Notes: generated by a model from the sequence alone, not told the origin. Counted from the first letter of the stretch, positions 45,051 through 57,309 are shown. The stretch is 64,000 bases of DNA from Escherichia coli (GCF_024502345.1 NZ_JALDNN010000001.1), one strand, 5' to 3'. Numbers and translations are program-made.

Positions 45051-47495
45051 ATGATGATTTTGAGTATTCTCGCTACGGTTGTCCTGCTCGGCGCGTTGTT
45101 CTATCACCGCGTGAGCTTATTTATCAGCAGTCTGATTTTGCTCGCCTGGACAGCCGCCCTCGGCGTTGCTGGTCTGTGGTCGGCGTGGGTACTGGTGCCT
45201 CTGGCCATTATCCTCGTGCCATTTAACTTTGCGCCTATGCGTAAGTCGATGATTTCCGCGCCGGTATTTCGTGGTTTCCGTAAGGTGATGCCGCCGATGT
45301 CGCGCACTGAGAAAGAAGCGATTGATGCGGGCACCACCTGGTGGGAGGGCGACTTGTTCCAGGGCAAGCCGGACTGGAAAAAGCTGCATAACTATCCGCA
45401 GCCGCGCCTGACCGCCGAAGAGCAAGCGTTTCTCGACGGCCCGGTAGAAGAAGCCTGCCGGATGGCGAATGATTTCCAGATTACTCATGAGCTGGCGGAT
45501 CTGCCGCCGGAGTTGTGGGCGTACCTTAAAGAGCATCGCTTCTTCGCGATGATTATCAAAAAAGAGTACGGCGGACTGGAGTTCTCAGCTTATGCCCAGT
45601 CTCGCGTGCTGCAAAAACTCTCCGGCGTGAGCGGGATCCTGGCGATTACCGTCGGCGTGCCGAACTCATTAGGCCCGGGCGAGCTGCTGCAACATTACGG
45701 CACTGACGAGCAGAAAGATCACTATCTGCCGCGTCTGGCGCGTGGTCAGGAGATCCCTTGCTTTGCACTGACAAGCCCGGAAGCGGGTTCCGATGCGGGC
45801 GCGATTCCGGACACCGGGATTGTCTGCATGGGCGAATGGCAGGGCCAGCAGGTGCTGGGGATGCGTCTGACCTGGAACAAACGCTATATTACGCTGGCAC
45901 CGATTGCGACTGTGCTTGGGCTGGCGTTTAAACTCTCCGACCCGGAAAAGCTGCTGGGTGGCGCAGAAGATTTAGGTATTACCTGTGCGCTGATCCCGAC
46001 CACCACGCCGGGCGTGGAAATTGGTCGTCGCCACTTCCCGCTGAACGTACCGTTCCAGAACGGACCGACGCGCGGTAAAGATGTCTTCGTACCGATCGAT
46101 TACATCATCGGTGGGCCGAAAATGGCCGGGCAAGGCTGGCGGATGCTGGTGGAGTGCCTCTCGGTAGGCCGCGGCATCACCCTGCCTTCCAACTCAACCG
46201 GCGGCGTGAAATCGGTAGCGCTGGCAACGGGCGCGTATGCTCACATTCGCCGTCAGTTCAAAATCTCTATCGGTAAGATGGAAGGGATTGAAGAGCCGCT
46301 GGCGCGTATTGCCGGTAATGCCTACGTGATGGATGCTGCGGCATCGCTGATTACCTACGGCATTATGCTCGGCGAAAAACCTGCCGTGCTGTCGGCTATC
46401 GTTAAGTATCACTGTACCCACCGCGGGCAGCAGTCGATTATTGATGCGATGGATATCACTGGTGGCAAAGGCATTATGCTCGGGCAAAGCAACTTCCTGG
46501 CGCGTGCTTACCAGGGCGCACCGATTGCCATCACCGTTGAAGGGGCTAACATTCTGACCCGCAGCATGATGATCTTCGGACAAGGAGCGATTCGTTGCCA
46601 TCCGTACGTGCTGGAAGAGATGGAAGCGGCGAAGAACAATGACGTCAACGCGTTCGATAAACTGTTGTTCAAACATATCGGTCACGTCGGTAGCAACAAA
46701 GTTCGCAGCTTCTGGCTGGGCCTGACGCGCGGTTTAACCAGCAGCACGCCAACCGGCGATGCCACTAAACGCTACTATCAGCACCTGAACCGCCTGAGCG
46801 CCAACCTCGCCCTGCTTTCTGATGTCTCGATGGCAGTGCTGGGCGGCAGCCTGAAACGTCGCGAGCGCATCTCGGCCCGTCTGGGGGATATTTTAAGCCA
46901 GCTCTACCTCGCCTCTGCCGTGCTGAAGCGTTATGACGACGAAGGCCGTAATGAAGCCGACCTGCCGCTGGTGCACTGGGGCGTACAAGATGCGCTGTAT
47001 CAGGCTGAACAGGCGATGGATGATTTACTGCAAAACTTCCCGAACCGCGTGGTTGCCGGGCTGCTGAATGTGGTGATCTTCCCGACCGGACGTCATTATC
47101 TGGCACCTTCTGACAAGCTGGATCATAAAGTGGCGAAGATTTTACAAGTGCCGAACGCCACCCGTTCCCGCATTGGTCGCGGTCAGTACCTGACGCCGAG
47201 CGAGCATAATCCGGTTGGCTTGCTGGAAGAGGCGCTGGTGGATGTGATTGCCGCCGACCCAATTCATCAGCGGATCTGTAAAGAGCTGGGTAAAAACCTG
47301 CCGTTTACCCGTCTGGATGAACTGGCGCACAACGCGCTGGCGAAGGGGCTGATTGATAAAGATGAAGCCGCTATTCTGGTGAAAGCTGAAGAAAGCCGTC
47401 TGCGCAGTATTAACGTTGATGACTTTGATCCGGAAGAGCTGGCGACGAAGCCGGTAAAGTTGCCGGAGAAAGTGCGGAAAGTTGAAGCCGCGTAA
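45051..47495 (+). CDS. fadE: acyl-CoA dehydrogenase FadE
   Basis: 814-aa ORF starting [21 protein letters not shown]... Confidence 0.95.
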   Translation: MMILSILATVVLLGALFYHRVSLFISSLILLAWTAALGVAGLWSAWVLVPLAIILVPFNFAPMRKSMISAPVFRGFRKVMPPMSRTEKEAIDAGTTWWEGDLFQGKPDWKKLHNYPQPRLTAEEQAFLDGPVEEACRMANDFQITHELADLPPELWAYLKEHRFFAMIIKKEYGGLEFSAYAQSRVLQKLSGVSGILAITVGVPNSLGPGELLQHYGTDEQKDHYLPRLARGQEIPCFALTSPEAGSDAGAIPDTGIVCMGEWQGQQVLGMRLTWNKRYITLAPIATVLGLAFKLSDPEKLLGGAEDLGITCALIPTTTPGVEIGRRHFPLNVPFQNGPTRGKDVFVPIDYIIGGPKMAGQGWRMLVECLSVGRGITLPSNSTGGVKSVALATGAYAHIRRQFKISIGKMEGIEEPLARIAGNAYVMDAAASLITYGIMLGEKPAVLSAIVKYHCTHRGQQSIIDAMDITGGKGIMLGQSNFLARAYQGAPIAITVEGANILTRSMMIFGQGAIRCHPYVLEEMEAAKNNDVNAFDKLLFKHIGHVGSNKVRSFWLGLTRGLTSSTPTGDATKRYYQHLNRLSANLALLSDVSMAVLGGSLKRRERISARLGDILSQLYLASAVLKRYDDEGRNEADLPLVHWGVQDALYQAEQAMDDLLQNFPNRVVAGLLNVVIFPTGRHYLAPSDKLDHKVAKILQVPNATRSRIGRGQYLTPSEHNPVGLLEEALVDVIAADPIHQRICKELGKNLPFTRLDELAHNALAKGLIDKDEAAILVKAEESRLRSINVDDFDPEELATKPVKLPEKVRKVEAA

Positions 47496-47502
47496 TTGAA
47501 TA

Positions 47503-47530
47503 ACGGAGCCGAAAGGCTCCGTTTCTTTAT
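47503..47530 (+). terminator. rho-independent terminator ACGGAGCC-GAAA-GGCTCCGT followed by a T-tract
   Basis: Perfect 8-bp stem, GNRA-like loop, TTTCTTTAT tail. Confidence 0.8.
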
Positions 47531-47537
47531 CCGCTAA

Positions 47538-47984
47538 TTATTTAAAATTAAAGCCATCCGGATGGTTTTCCAGGCTGCCGGTCAACGCCGCGAACAGCAC
47601 CGTTTTACCATCAATCGAAAGCGCATCGTTCACATTCAGCCAGGTGAGTTTCTCTTGCGACGTTTTCTCATCAATAGTCGAGAACAGCCCCGTCATCTGA
47701 TTAGATTTCTCGGACCACATCACAGCGATACGTTGCGAGCCACAGTCATGCGGTTTGCACGCGCTCATCACCTGATACGTCTCATCTCCCAACGTTACGG
47801 TTTGTGCGGGAGTATAAGTACCGCCTTTCATCACCCAGGCAGGCAGCTTATGCCCTTGTACCATCTGATTAAATGCAGCTTTGGTGGTTTCGCCCTTTGC
47901 AAGGCTGCTAATGGTTAAATCATCCTGCGCCATTGCACTGGTGGCGATGACCAGAGCGGCGACTGTCGTTATTGCCTTAAACAT
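47538..47984 (-). CDS. ivy: inhibitor of vertebrate lysozyme Ivy
   Basis: MFKAITTVAALVIATSAMAQDD... signal peptide; CKPHDCG motif. Confidence 0.9.
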   Translation of the reverse strand: MFKAITTVAALVIATSAMAQDDLTISSLAKGETTKAAFNQMVQGHKLPAWVMKGGTYTPAQTVTLGDETYQVMSACKPHDCGSQRIAVMWSEKSNQMTGLFSTIDEKTSQEKLTWLNVNDALSIDGKTVLFAALTGSLENHPDGFNFK

Positions 47985-48164
47985 CATTCCTCCCGAGCTT
48001 ATCCTGCCCATGTTATTAACCTTCTAAAGCCTGGCGATAACACGATAATTTGCAAATCAGATATTTCCAATATCAGCATTTGTTATCAATTTATTCTGCG
48101 CTAAGGCAACTGCCTGATAAGGTGTTAAAGTTATAAAACCCTTCGCATAAAGGAGTTGTACACC

Positions 48165-48935
48165 GTGCCTGGTTTGAAGATTACGCTTTTGCAGCAACCA
48201 CTGGTGTGGATGGATGGCCCTGCCAACCTGCGTCATTTTGATCGTCAACTGGAAGGTATTACCGGGCGCGATGTGATCGTTCTACCGGAGATGTTTACCA
48301 GCGGCTTTGCCATGGAAGCGGCAGCTTCGTCGCTAGCACAAGATGACGTAGTGAACTGGATGACAGCTAAGGCGCAGCAGTGCAATGCGCTGATTGCAGG
48401 CAGTGTTGCATTACAAACGGAGTCTGGTTCGGTTAACCGCTTTTTGCTGGTTGAGCCGGGCGGCACGGTACATTTTTATGATAAGCGTCATCTGTTCCGC
48501 ATGGCAGATGAGCATCTACATTATAAAGCGGGCAATGCGCGAGTGATTGTGGAATGGCGCGGCTGGCGTATTTTGCCGTTGGTGTGCTACGACTTACGTT
48601 TTCCGGTGTGGTCGCGCAATCTCAACGATTATGACCTCGCCATCTACGTTGCCAACTGGCCTGCTCCGCGCTCTCTGCACTGGCAGGCATTGCTGACGGC
48701 CCGCGCGATTGAGAATCAGGCGTATGTGGCGGGATGCAATCGCGTCGGCAGCGATGGCAACGGCTGCCATTATCGCGGTGACAGCCGGGTGATTAATCCA
48801 CAAGGCGAGATTATCGCTACTGCCGACGCGCATCAGGCAACGCGCATTGATGCGGAGCTGTCGATGATGGCATTGCGGGAATATAGAGAAAAGTTTCCGG
48901 CATGGCAGGATGCGGATGAGTTTAGGTTGTGGTGA
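48165..48935 (+). CDS. yafV: nitrilase-superfamily omega-amidase YafV
   Basis: GTG start, [18 protein letters not shown]...; catalytic Cys in LVCYDLRFP. Confidence 0.9.
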   Translation: MPGLKITLLQQPLVWMDGPANLRHFDRQLEGITGRDVIVLPEMFTSGFAMEAAASSLAQDDVVNWMTAKAQQCNALIAGSVALQTESGSVNRFLLVEPGGTVHFYDKRHLFRMADEHLHYKAGNARVIVEWRGWRILPLVCYDLRFPVWSRNLNDYDLAIYVANWPAPRSLHWQALLTARAIENQAYVAGCNRVGSDGNGCHYRGDSRVINPQGEIIATADAHQATRIDAELSMMALREYREKFPAWQDADEFRLW

Positions 48936-48959
48936 GTGGGGGTTGTGTTTAAGGACGGG

Positions 48960-49140
48960 GAGAGTCGGGGTATTACTACGAAAGCCCGCTCTCCTGCGAC
49001 CACTTTTATCATAGGAGTGTGGAAGCGCTTTTCCATCAATTGCGATGACGTCTTTATCATTTGATGAATGGCAGTCACGCATCCAGTTAATAAAGCATTC
49101 GTGAAATTATACTGAACGGATACAAGACATAACTCTAATT
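48960..49140 (-). pseudogene. H-repeat (ISAs1-family transposase) fragment
   Basis: ...[29 protein letters not shown]... matches an internal segment of recalled Rhs H-repeat proteins. Confidence 0.6.
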
Positions 49141-49206
49141 ATGGTGTCGTGAACAGGATTACCATTTTCAAAATTACGATATTATTTGCAGTAATTATGT
49201 TATTAA

Positions 49207-49719
49207 TCATTGTGATATTTCCATCTCTGTGATTAATACCGGATAAGCATTTAATTGCAGAGTTTGCACGAAATTATCGCAGATAACTGGCAATAACAAT
49301 AACCCATCAGCCCGCTGCTGTAATACCTCCATTCGTTCTACTGATTCAACATTAACAACCAAACCAAGGGCATTTAGCGATTTAAGGATCTCCAGATGTT
49401 CACTCATCCAGCGCAGAGAAAAAGGATCATCCCCAATTATAAAAACAGCCCCCCAGCCGGTTAATAACTGGCGTTTCATTACAGAGCCAGGATGAAGTCG
49501 AGTACATATTACAGGAAATACCCCCTGTTGCGATGGTTCCGATGATGTGGATAATTCAGAAATATTTTCCATTGTTAGTGAAGAATTAACATCCATTAAT
49601 AATGGTGAAACAACCTCACTTTCCTTGCTAGTAATGGCTGCACTAATCTGAAAGGGAAATAACAATATTATTACGTATAAACTCATTTTTAACATAACAC
49701 ATTCAATCCGTTTATTCAT
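49207..49719 (-). CDS. hypothetical secreted protein (signal peptide), AT-rich
   Basis: ORF with N-terminal hydrophobic leader; bracketed by H-repeat remnants. Confidence 0.45.
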   Translation of the reverse strand: MNKRIECVMLKMSLYVIILLFPFQISAAITSKESEVVSPLLMDVNSSLTMENISELSTSSEPSQQGVFPVICTRLHPGSVMKRQLLTGWGAVFIIGDDPFSLRWMSEHLEILKSLNALGLVVNVESVERMEVLQQRADGLLLLPVICDNFVQTLQLNAYPVLITEMEISQ

Positions 49720-49785
49720 GTTATAGAATAATGATGCTATAAATCATCATTAATGTTCAATTATTTAATCACACAATTTGAAAAA

Positions 49786-50289
49786 TCATTGACCAATGTG
49801 AATTGGCAATGTACCACTCAAGTTAAAATCACTGAATATTTTATCAATTTCTCTTGCAGTTTCTATATATTTAACCTCTTTCGTACTTGCATTATAAATA
49901 GCCCAAGCCTCGGGATGGGATGTTCCACCAAACCTTACAAAAAAACTTGATTTCATATTATTATATAAATTAACATCAGGAAAAGGATCTTCTCCAAAAT
50001 TAGTAGTATTGAATAATGAAAGTTCGTATCGCTTAGAAAATTCTGTTGGTAGGATAGCTTCACTGCCATCAATAGCATTCATCCAGAGTTTGTTACCATT
50101 ATATTCCAACAATAATCTCTGTTTTGCATGTGTCTTATCTCGTTCTTTAACGACAGCGAATACCTTTTTAACAACTTGCTGTGCGGATGGTCCTATTGTA
50201 TTACCAAAAGCTGGCAACCCGATTTTGCCATAAACACTCTCCTGAATGAAATAAATATCCGTTTTATCGGCCTCGACAATATCTACCAT
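49786..50289 (-). CDS. hypothetical protein (167 aa), AT-rich
   Basis: ORF only; bracketed by H-repeat remnants. Confidence 0.45.
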   Translation of the reverse strand: MVDIVEADKTDIYFIQESVYGKIGLPAFGNTIGPSAQQVVKKVFAVVKERDKTHAKQRLLLEYNGNKLWMNAIDGSEAILPTEFSKRYELSLFNTTNFGEDPFPDVNLYNNMKSSFFVRFGGTSHPEAWAIYNASTKEVKYIETAREIDKIFSDFNLSGTLPIHIGQ

Positions 50290-50609
50290 TTATCCCTCCA
50301 AACAAGACCTGACTCCAGTACAAGAGCATAGTGTGTAGTAAACACTTCATGCTCTTGCCTTGACCATTGAAATAACAACTTTCGTTTGTTTACTGTACGC
50401 TGTCTAAATAGCTGCGTGGAATAAAGTTGCACTTTTTATCATCCCTTGCAGAGCAAGATTACGAAAGCCCGCCCCCGAAAGGACTGACGCGAGGTAGTCT
50501 CTGTCCGCAGCTGCTTTCACATCTTACATCTTGCCCCTGCCTTGAGTATCTTATCTTTCTTTGAAATATTAATAGCGATGTTCCGTATCCCTGAAAATAA
50601 TTCTGTTGC

Positions 50610-51100
50610 ATTTCATCTTCTTATTATAAAGTCGTCTTTATTCATTACCACGTCCAGATGCCAGTGCAATTTATTCTCCACTTGCCAGTGATTTCGGTTC
50701 GCTGTGGCGAACTTCTCTGCGGTTAAATCAGCAGAAATGCTATAATATCTGTCCGTCATTTCTGGCTCTTTCTTTTGTTCTGTTATTATTGAACGAAAGG
50801 AGACTGCCATGCATAATTTCTTCAGCCCTTTTCATTCAAACGTGAAATCAATAAGTTCATCAGGGACATCGCAAATAATATGAAGACGGATTTTAATGAC
50901 ATAAATCGCTCCCTTGCGGCGACTCTTGTCATAAGAGTGCCGAAGCGTTTTTCCATCAATTGCAATGACATCTTTATCATCTGAGGAATGGCAGTCACGC
51001 ATCCAGTTAATAAAGCACTCATGAAATTTTGCAGGACTGATACAGGATACAACTCTGGCAATGATATCGTGAACAGGAATACCATTTTCAAAATCACCAT
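50610..51100 (-). pseudogene. H-repeat (ISAs1-family) remnant, internally deleted
   Basis: C-terminal piece ...[58 protein letters not shown]... plus a second copy of the about 150-bp segment seen at 48990..49140. Confidence 0.65.
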
Positions 51101-53246
51101 ATCACTTCAAAAAATTGGGATGTGTTTCCCCAAATCATCTATATCTTCCCAGCCTTATGCACCAAAAATAACGGCGCAAATAGTTAACAGATAGAATATC
51201 TGGCAATTTATGTTCCACTTTCCAGGCTTGCCTGTAATCGGGGATAATAGAAATATGTTCCATCAATTTTTTAAGTTCCATTTTGTCCCCCTTAATTATG
51301 CAATGAGTATTTGATCATGTATAAGCAATGAAAAACAGCTTTAGGTAATAAGGAACACCTCAATTATTGAACATAAAATGCGAATTATTTAGTACAAAAA
51401 AAACAGCATTACGTGATTTTTCCCTGGGAGTACAGTGTGAAGTTTCCGGCATGGCGGGATGCGGATGGGTTTGAACTGGGGTGAATAGGCACTACATGTC
51501 TACATTTTCCCGGTCACCAACCCCTCAATCTTATGAACTTAACCTCGGCTCACCGTTTTCGATTCCATCCAATAAATGACCCGGTTGGATGTGGGCTGAT
51601 CGCCAACAACTTTGCCATCTGCAGAGATTAGCTTCAGCTCTTTATTAGCCTCATCACCGAAGTAAATCATGCGGTAGCGAAAATAACCGCCCCAGGGTTC
51701 ACGTCCACCCAGCGAACTTTGCATAAACCAGGCGCGGGAGTCGTGAACCTGGTCATCATAGAGGGCCAGTAATTCAGCGCATGGCTGAGTACGCGTTCCC
51801 GTTCCCAGTGAATCAATAAAAAATTGTGGATAGAGTCCGTCTCCCATAGCCTTAATTTGCTGATATTCTTTTGCTTCATCATCGCCATTAATCAGATACA
51901 CCGGATATTTAGGAATGACATCCACAAGAATCTGAATGGCTTTCTCCATGACGCTGCCGTTAATATCGCGCGTCCATCCTTTATAATCGCTCTGAAATTC
52001 TCGGGCTGCCTCTCGCAACTGATACTGAGCATTGGTTGGGTCAAGGATAGGAATGCCCTGATTACTTTCATCAAGTGTGCCATTCCCTTTCTGCTTGTTC
52101 GCCCGCTCTTTTTCAATATTTTCCATTTGTTCTTTACGCGCTTTAGCCTCTTTATCAAGTCCATCTTTATCCAGCTGTGGCGCCTTAATATAAAAAGGTT
52201 GCACAAGAAGGCTGTTATTCGCATAGCGACCGATACGCCAGGCGGTGATCCAGCCGATCTGATCGCTAATTGCGCTTTCAAGAACCTGGGCAAGTTGATA
52301 GGAGTGATAACCTTCCCTCGTATCAATCATTTCTTCTGTACCCTGCAAGGTGGTGTTCAGCAGCGTTTGTCGCCAGATGTTGAAGCGTTTTGTTAATGAA
52401 TTAGCAATCGTAAATTCCTTTACGCTAGAAGGACTCATAATTCGCAGAGGCGACACACCTTTTATTAATGGAGTAACAAATTTAGAATAAACAGCAAGTG
52501 GTGCTCCTGAATCAAATGCAGCAAGATACATATCATGCAGTGCTATCTGAGAAAGAATTTCGCCTGAGTCACCACAGGACTTCCCCTGATCGCGAACGGG
52601 ATAGCCACCACCGACATCAGAGTGCATCCCCGGATAGATAATTTCCGTCTGGACGACGGATTGAATCCAGCGGAAAGCACAGCCGCTGCTCATGCGCGGC
52701 AACGAAGTGGCGGCAGCATTTAATCAGGCCGGGAAACTGCCTCTCATCAGGGAGTTGCTGAGTACTATCGGCCCATCCCATATGACCGGCAGCGCCCGGT
52801 AAAACATGCGCCGCCCCCACAGAAGCTACGGTATCCAGCAGCCCCAAAAACTCAATACTGACAGCTAACCCGGCCAGCATCACCTGTTGCTCCTGCGGGC
52901 AAGCTAACTGAGTCAACCAGTTAACAAAAGTTCGTGCTTCCGCTGCGCCACGGGAAAATCCGTAGATAAACAGCTTTACGTTTAGCAGGCGCGGACTGGC
53001 TTGCTCTAACAGTCCCTGTAATTTTTCCAGGTAGGGGTTAATCACATTGCGACGATTCACTTCACCAGTCATAGGCCAGGGAGCGCGCATAAGAGGAATG
53101 TGCTCTTTTGCCACATTATCATCCAGTCGCTTATGGGAAGGGTCAATGGAATAGTTCAGGGCATCCACGAGGCGTAATAATGCCCAATTAATTCGATCTT
53201 CACCACCAGTAGCGAACTCCAGCCCGCTGTTGCTGTAATCCATTTC

Positions 53247-54303
53247 GGCTTTGTTGAATAAATCGAACTTTTGCTGAGTTGAAGGATCAGATCACGTATC
53301 TTCCCGACAACGCAGACCGTTCCGTGGCAAAGCAAAAGTTCAAAATCACCAACTGGCCCACCTACAATAAAGCCCTCATCAACCGTGGCTCCATAACTTT
53401 CTGGCTGGATGATGAAGCTATTCAGGCCTGGTATGAGTCAGCAACACCTTCTTCACGAGGCAGACCTCAGCGCTATTCTGACCTTGCCATCACGACTGTG
53501 CTGGTCATTAAACGCGTATTCAGGCTGACCCTGCGCGCTGCGCAGGGCTTTATTGATTCCATTTTTTCTCTGATGAACGTTCCGCTACGCTGCCCGGATT
53601 ACAGCTGTGTCAGCAGGCGGGCAAAGTCGGTTAATGTCAGTTTCAAAACGCCCACCCGGGGTGAAATCGCACACCTGGTAATTGATTCCACCGGGCTGAA
53701 GGTCTTCGGTGAAGGCGAGTGGAAAGTCAAAAAGCATGGCCAGGAACGCCGCCGTATCTGGCGTAAGCTGCATCTCGCCGTTGACAGTAAAACACATGAA
53801 ATCATCTGCGCTGACCTGTCGCTGAACAACGTTACGGACTCAGAGGCCTTCCCCGGGTTAATCCGGCAAACCCACCGGAAAATCAGGTCAGCCGCCGCCG
53901 ATGGCGCTTACGATACCCGGCTATGTCACGATGAACTGCGGCGTAAGAAAATCAGCGCGCTTATCCCTCCCCGAAAAGGTGCGGGTTACTGGCCCGGTGA
54001 ATATGCAGACCGTAACCGTGCAGTGGCTAATCAGCGAATGACCGGGAGTAATGCGCGGTGGAAATGGACAACAGATTACAACCGTCGCTCGATAGCGGAA
54101 ACGGCGATGTACCGGGTAAAACAGCTGTTCGGGGGTTCACTGACACTGCGTGACTACGATGGTCAGGTTGCAGAGGCTATGGCCCTGGTACGAGCGCTGA
54201 ACAAAATGACGAAAGCAGGTATGCCTGAAAGCGTGCGTATTGCCTGAAAACACAACCCGCTACGGGGGAGACTTACCCGAAATCTGATTTATTCAACAAA
54301 GCC
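53247..54303 (+). mobile_element. IS903-group element copy C, 9-bp TSD ATCCATTTC
   Basis: Terminal IRs at 53247..53264 and 54286..54303; ATCCATTTC at 53238..53246 and 54304..54312. Confidence 0.92.
53279..54247 (+). CDS. IS903-group transposase (322 aa), identical to copies A and B
   Basis: Identical translation. Confidence 0.9.
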   Translation: MKDQITYLPDNADRSVAKQKFKITNWPTYNKALINRGSITFWLDDEAIQAWYESATPSSRGRPQRYSDLAITTVLVIKRVFRLTLRAAQGFIDSIFSLMNVPLRCPDYSCVSRRAKSVNVSFKTPTRGEIAHLVIDSTGLKVFGEGEWKVKKHGQERRRIWRKLHLAVDSKTHEIICADLSLNNVTDSEAFPGLIRQTHRKIRSAAADGAYDTRLCHDELRRKKISALIPPRKGAGYWPGEYADRNRAVANQRMTGSNARWKWTTDYNRRSIAETAMYRVKQLFGGSLTLRDYDGQVAEAMALVRALNKMTKAGMPESVRIA

Positions 54304-54659
54304 ATCCATTTCACCTATCTTGGGAAATGGTGTGCCTACACCCGGTATATAGTAGTTAAAATATCCCTGTTCTTCTGCGTTCTGATAGGTCGTATGAAAC
54401 AGTTTGGCAATATTGGTTGGGTGTCCAGGAGTGTCATTATATTCATTATTATTTGTACCATCAAAAAACAGACTAATATGCAGACTTTGATTACACGTAA
54501 AGCCAATTCTAAATCCAGCCTGTTTACTACAGTTGGTTTTGTGCTCTTCTGTTTTATTGATTTGTTTTAGGTAGTTCGCGTTTACCTGCGCTTCAGATAA
54601 TATTAATCGCCCATCTTCAGGGAACAACGGGGGGGCATAACACGGAAAAGCCAGACCAC

Positions 54660-55202
54660 TTATTTTGCTGGACATGTTGCAGGTTCCTTCATCTCGCGGG
54701 GTTCTTTGATAGGATAATTCGGTGTGCCATAGCCCTCGCAGACGGTTGTCACTTTAATCTGATTACACGGCAGAAAATGAACGGTCAGGCCACAACGTTC
54801 AGCGCCGTATTCCGGGATGTCAACAATTACTTTATATTTTTGATAATTTGCAGCATGTTTAGCATAAGCATCTTCTTCATAGCCAAAACCTTCTTTTTTC
54901 ATTGCAATAGGTTCAAGGGGGTTCGGGTCTACTTCCCACTCGATCCGGGCTTTTAATCCAGAATGCCACTTCTTTGGTAACATTATGCAGCAATATCCAC
55001 CGCCCAAACCATGGACCCGATAACCATTTACGGTGAACCAATTAATACTGATACCTTTAATATGATTTATTGCCCGGAGATCACCAGCAGTATAATCGTC
55101 GTAATTAGCTGCTGAGCAACCCGAAATCACCATCAAAATTAACACCAGACAGCCTTTAACTACTTTTGTTATATTCATTCCATTTCTTATTTTGCTGGAC
55201 AT
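54660..55202 (-). CDS. putative lipoprotein (lipobox ISGCSA), possibly effector-associated (immunity or chaperone-like)
   Basis: Signal peptide with lipobox Cys; immediately upstream of the Tle1-like gene; shares the MSSKI start and about 20 bp with it. Confidence 0.45.
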   Translation of the reverse strand: MSSKIRNGMNITKVVKGCLVLILMVISGCSAANYDDYTAGDLRAINHIKGISINWFTVNGYRVHGLGGGYCCIMLPKKWHSGLKARIEWEVDPNPLEPIAMKKEGFGYEEDAYAKHAANYQKYKVIVDIPEYGAERCGLTVHFLPCNQIKVTTVCEGYGTPNYPIKEPREMKEPATCPAK

Positions 55203-56138
55203 GTTGCTGGTTCTTTTACTTTGAGAGATTTTAATTGATGGGTATTGTTTCTACGACAATAAAGTTTTGACAAAGAAGCAAATAAAATGCATATCTTTCG
55301 ATTGTCACACATTGGAATATCGACAGAGCATTGATGATATTACGCAAAATATATTGCAGCCAAGTGAACTGACATTACGATCGAACACAAATGCAACATG
55401 ATGGATACTACCATTACATGTCGAGCTTGATTTTCCGTTTATTTCACGATTATCTCTTGATATTAACAGCTACGGACTTTTAAACAGATAAATCTCCCCG
55501 TACATCACCACAATATTATCCTTCGAAGTCCCGCAAAGCTCCGAAATATTTCGCGTCATTGGCCCTGAAAGCAATATCAAGACAGTGGGCAAAATAGCTT
55601 TCCTGACTGAGTTCACTGTGGGATGCAAATAAAGTTTCATCCTAACCCTAAAAACAGAGAGAAACGTCGCGCGCTCTCCTATTCATAAAAAATCCCTTTT
55701 ATATCAGTATGTTGTGAGCACTTACACCCGAGACTGGATCGTTTTGCCTTTCATGGGAGAATGATTAAGGGCGCTAAAGTATCATCCTAATTTTCGCCCA
55801 GGCTCGAAAAATACGGTAAATGGTGAAAATAAAGATTCATCCTTTTCCGATGTTGCCCGTTCCAACACGTAAGCAGTCAGTCAGAAAAAACACATAGATC
55901 CAATCCCTAGCGAGCATTGAGCTCTCTCATCCGTGCCAACTGCTCCAACCCTTGGACGCCCTAAATGCTTACCCAAAAAAATCAACACCTTCTTTTAAAA
56001 ACACAATCAAAAATGACACCCTTATATCCATTTAACCTAAACAGCCTTCCCCCCACTGCACTAGCTAGGGCTCGTAGTTCGGCGCAAGGCTGAAGTCGCT
56101 TGGCTGCTTCGCTGTGCAGATCCATGACCCACTTTCCA

Positions 56139-57302
56139 TCAAACTCCCGGTTGTAGTTCCACAAGCATCTCGCGAGTCTTGCCGGCCCGCTCCACTAACA
56201 AGACCACAACATCTCCAACGTTCTTGTCGTCTAGCCGGGCCTGTAATGTGGTGACGTCGTCGACGGCGATACCGTCGATGCTGATAACGCGATCGCCGGG
56301 CACGATGCCGCCTGCGGTGACCTCGACGCCGACGAGCCCGGCCCTGTGCGCCGCCGAGCCCGGCGTCACGCGCAATACGAATACGCCCTTACTGCCGGTC
56401 AGCGCCTGCAGACGCGCGTTGAGCTGCTCATCCACCTCGATGCCCAGCGCCGGACGGATGTACTTGCCGGTCTTTATGAGTTGCGGCACCACGCGCATGA
56501 CGGTATCGACCGGCACCGCAAAGCCGATGCCGGCCGAGGCGCCAGACGGACTGTAGATGGCGGTATTGATGCCGATCAGCCGCCCAGCCGAATCGAGCAG
56601 CGGGCCACCGGAATTGCCGGGGTTGATAGCGGCGTCGGTCTGGATCAGGTGGTCAATGGCCGGGCCACTGGCGTCGCCGGAAAGGGTGCGGTCAAGCGCC
56701 GAGACGATGCCGGTGGTGAGCGTCCAGTCGAGCCCGAAGGGATTGCCAATGGCAAAGACCTTTTGCCCCACCTTGAGATCGGCACTGGTGCCCACCGGCA
56801 CCGCCGGCGGGCGCTTGAAGCCGACGCCAATCTTGAGTACCGCGATGTCGTGCGCAGGACTAGCGCCAACGAGCGCAGCCTGATAATCGCGACCGTCGGC
56901 CAGTTTGACCGTGGCAGACGATGCCCCCTGGATCACGTGGAAGTTGGTCACCACGTGGCCGGCATCGTCCCAGATGAAGCCGGAGCCGGTGCCGCGCGGC
57001 ACGGAAAAGACATTGCGCGACCAGACGTGACGCACTAGTTGTGCCGTGGTGATGTAAACCACCGACCCGCGCGATTTCTCGAACAGCTCGATGGTGGTTT
57101 TTTCGTCGGCGGCCAGGTCGCCGCGCGGCGTCACCGTGCGCTCCTGCGTTTCGTGGGGACTGAACCAGGCTTCGATGGCGGGCAGGAACTGCCACAGCAG
57201 CATGAGTGCGGCGATGCAGCCAGTGATGACGAGCCAGCGCCGGATGAAGCGGTCCGGCGCCGGGCGGCTGTAGGGGTCGGGGTAGGTCACGTCATTCTCC
57301 AT
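56139..57302 (-). CDS. HtrA/DegP-family serine protease with PDZ domain (high-GC)
   Basis: Trypsin-like motifs ...TNFHVI..., ...GNSGGPL...; C-terminal PDZ-like region. Confidence 0.8.
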   Translation of the reverse strand: MENDVTYPDPYSRPAPDRFIRRWLVITGCIAALMLLWQFLPAIEAWFSPHETQERTVTPRGDLAADEKTTIELFEKSRGSVVYITTAQLVRHVWSRNVFSVPRGTGSGFIWDDAGHVVTNFHVIQGASSATVKLADGRDYQAALVGASPAHDIAVLKIGVGFKRPPAVPVGTSADLKVGQKVFAIGNPFGLDWTLTTGIVSALDRTLSGDASGPAIDHLIQTDAAINPGNSGGPLLDSAGRLIGINTAIYSPSGASAGIGFAVPVDTVMRVVPQLIKTGKYIRPALGIEVDEQLNARLQALTGSKGVFVLRVTPGSAAHRAGLVGVEVTAGGIVPGDRVISIDGIAVDDVTTLQARLDDKNVGDVVVLLVERAGKTREMLVELQPGV

Positions 57303-57309
57303 GTTGAAA

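Larger units (their letters stand above)
51539..54675 (-). pseudogene. DUF2235/Tle1-like alpha/beta-hydrolase (putative T6SS phospholipase effector), disrupted by IS903 copy C and by a frameshift near 52617..52702
   Basis: N-terminal ...SLFFDGTNNN...YYIPGVGT..., GFSRGA (GxSxG), ...PGMHSDVGGGY; frame continuous across the IS after removing one TSD copy; two overlapping ORFs indicate a frameshift. Confidence 0.6.

Noticed and set aside
48594-48935. Minus-strand ORF 48594..49082 extending antisense through the 3' end of yafV
   Set aside because: Only its first 30 codons (H-repeat fragment at about 48990..49082) carry recognisable homology; the rest is open antisense frame over yafV.
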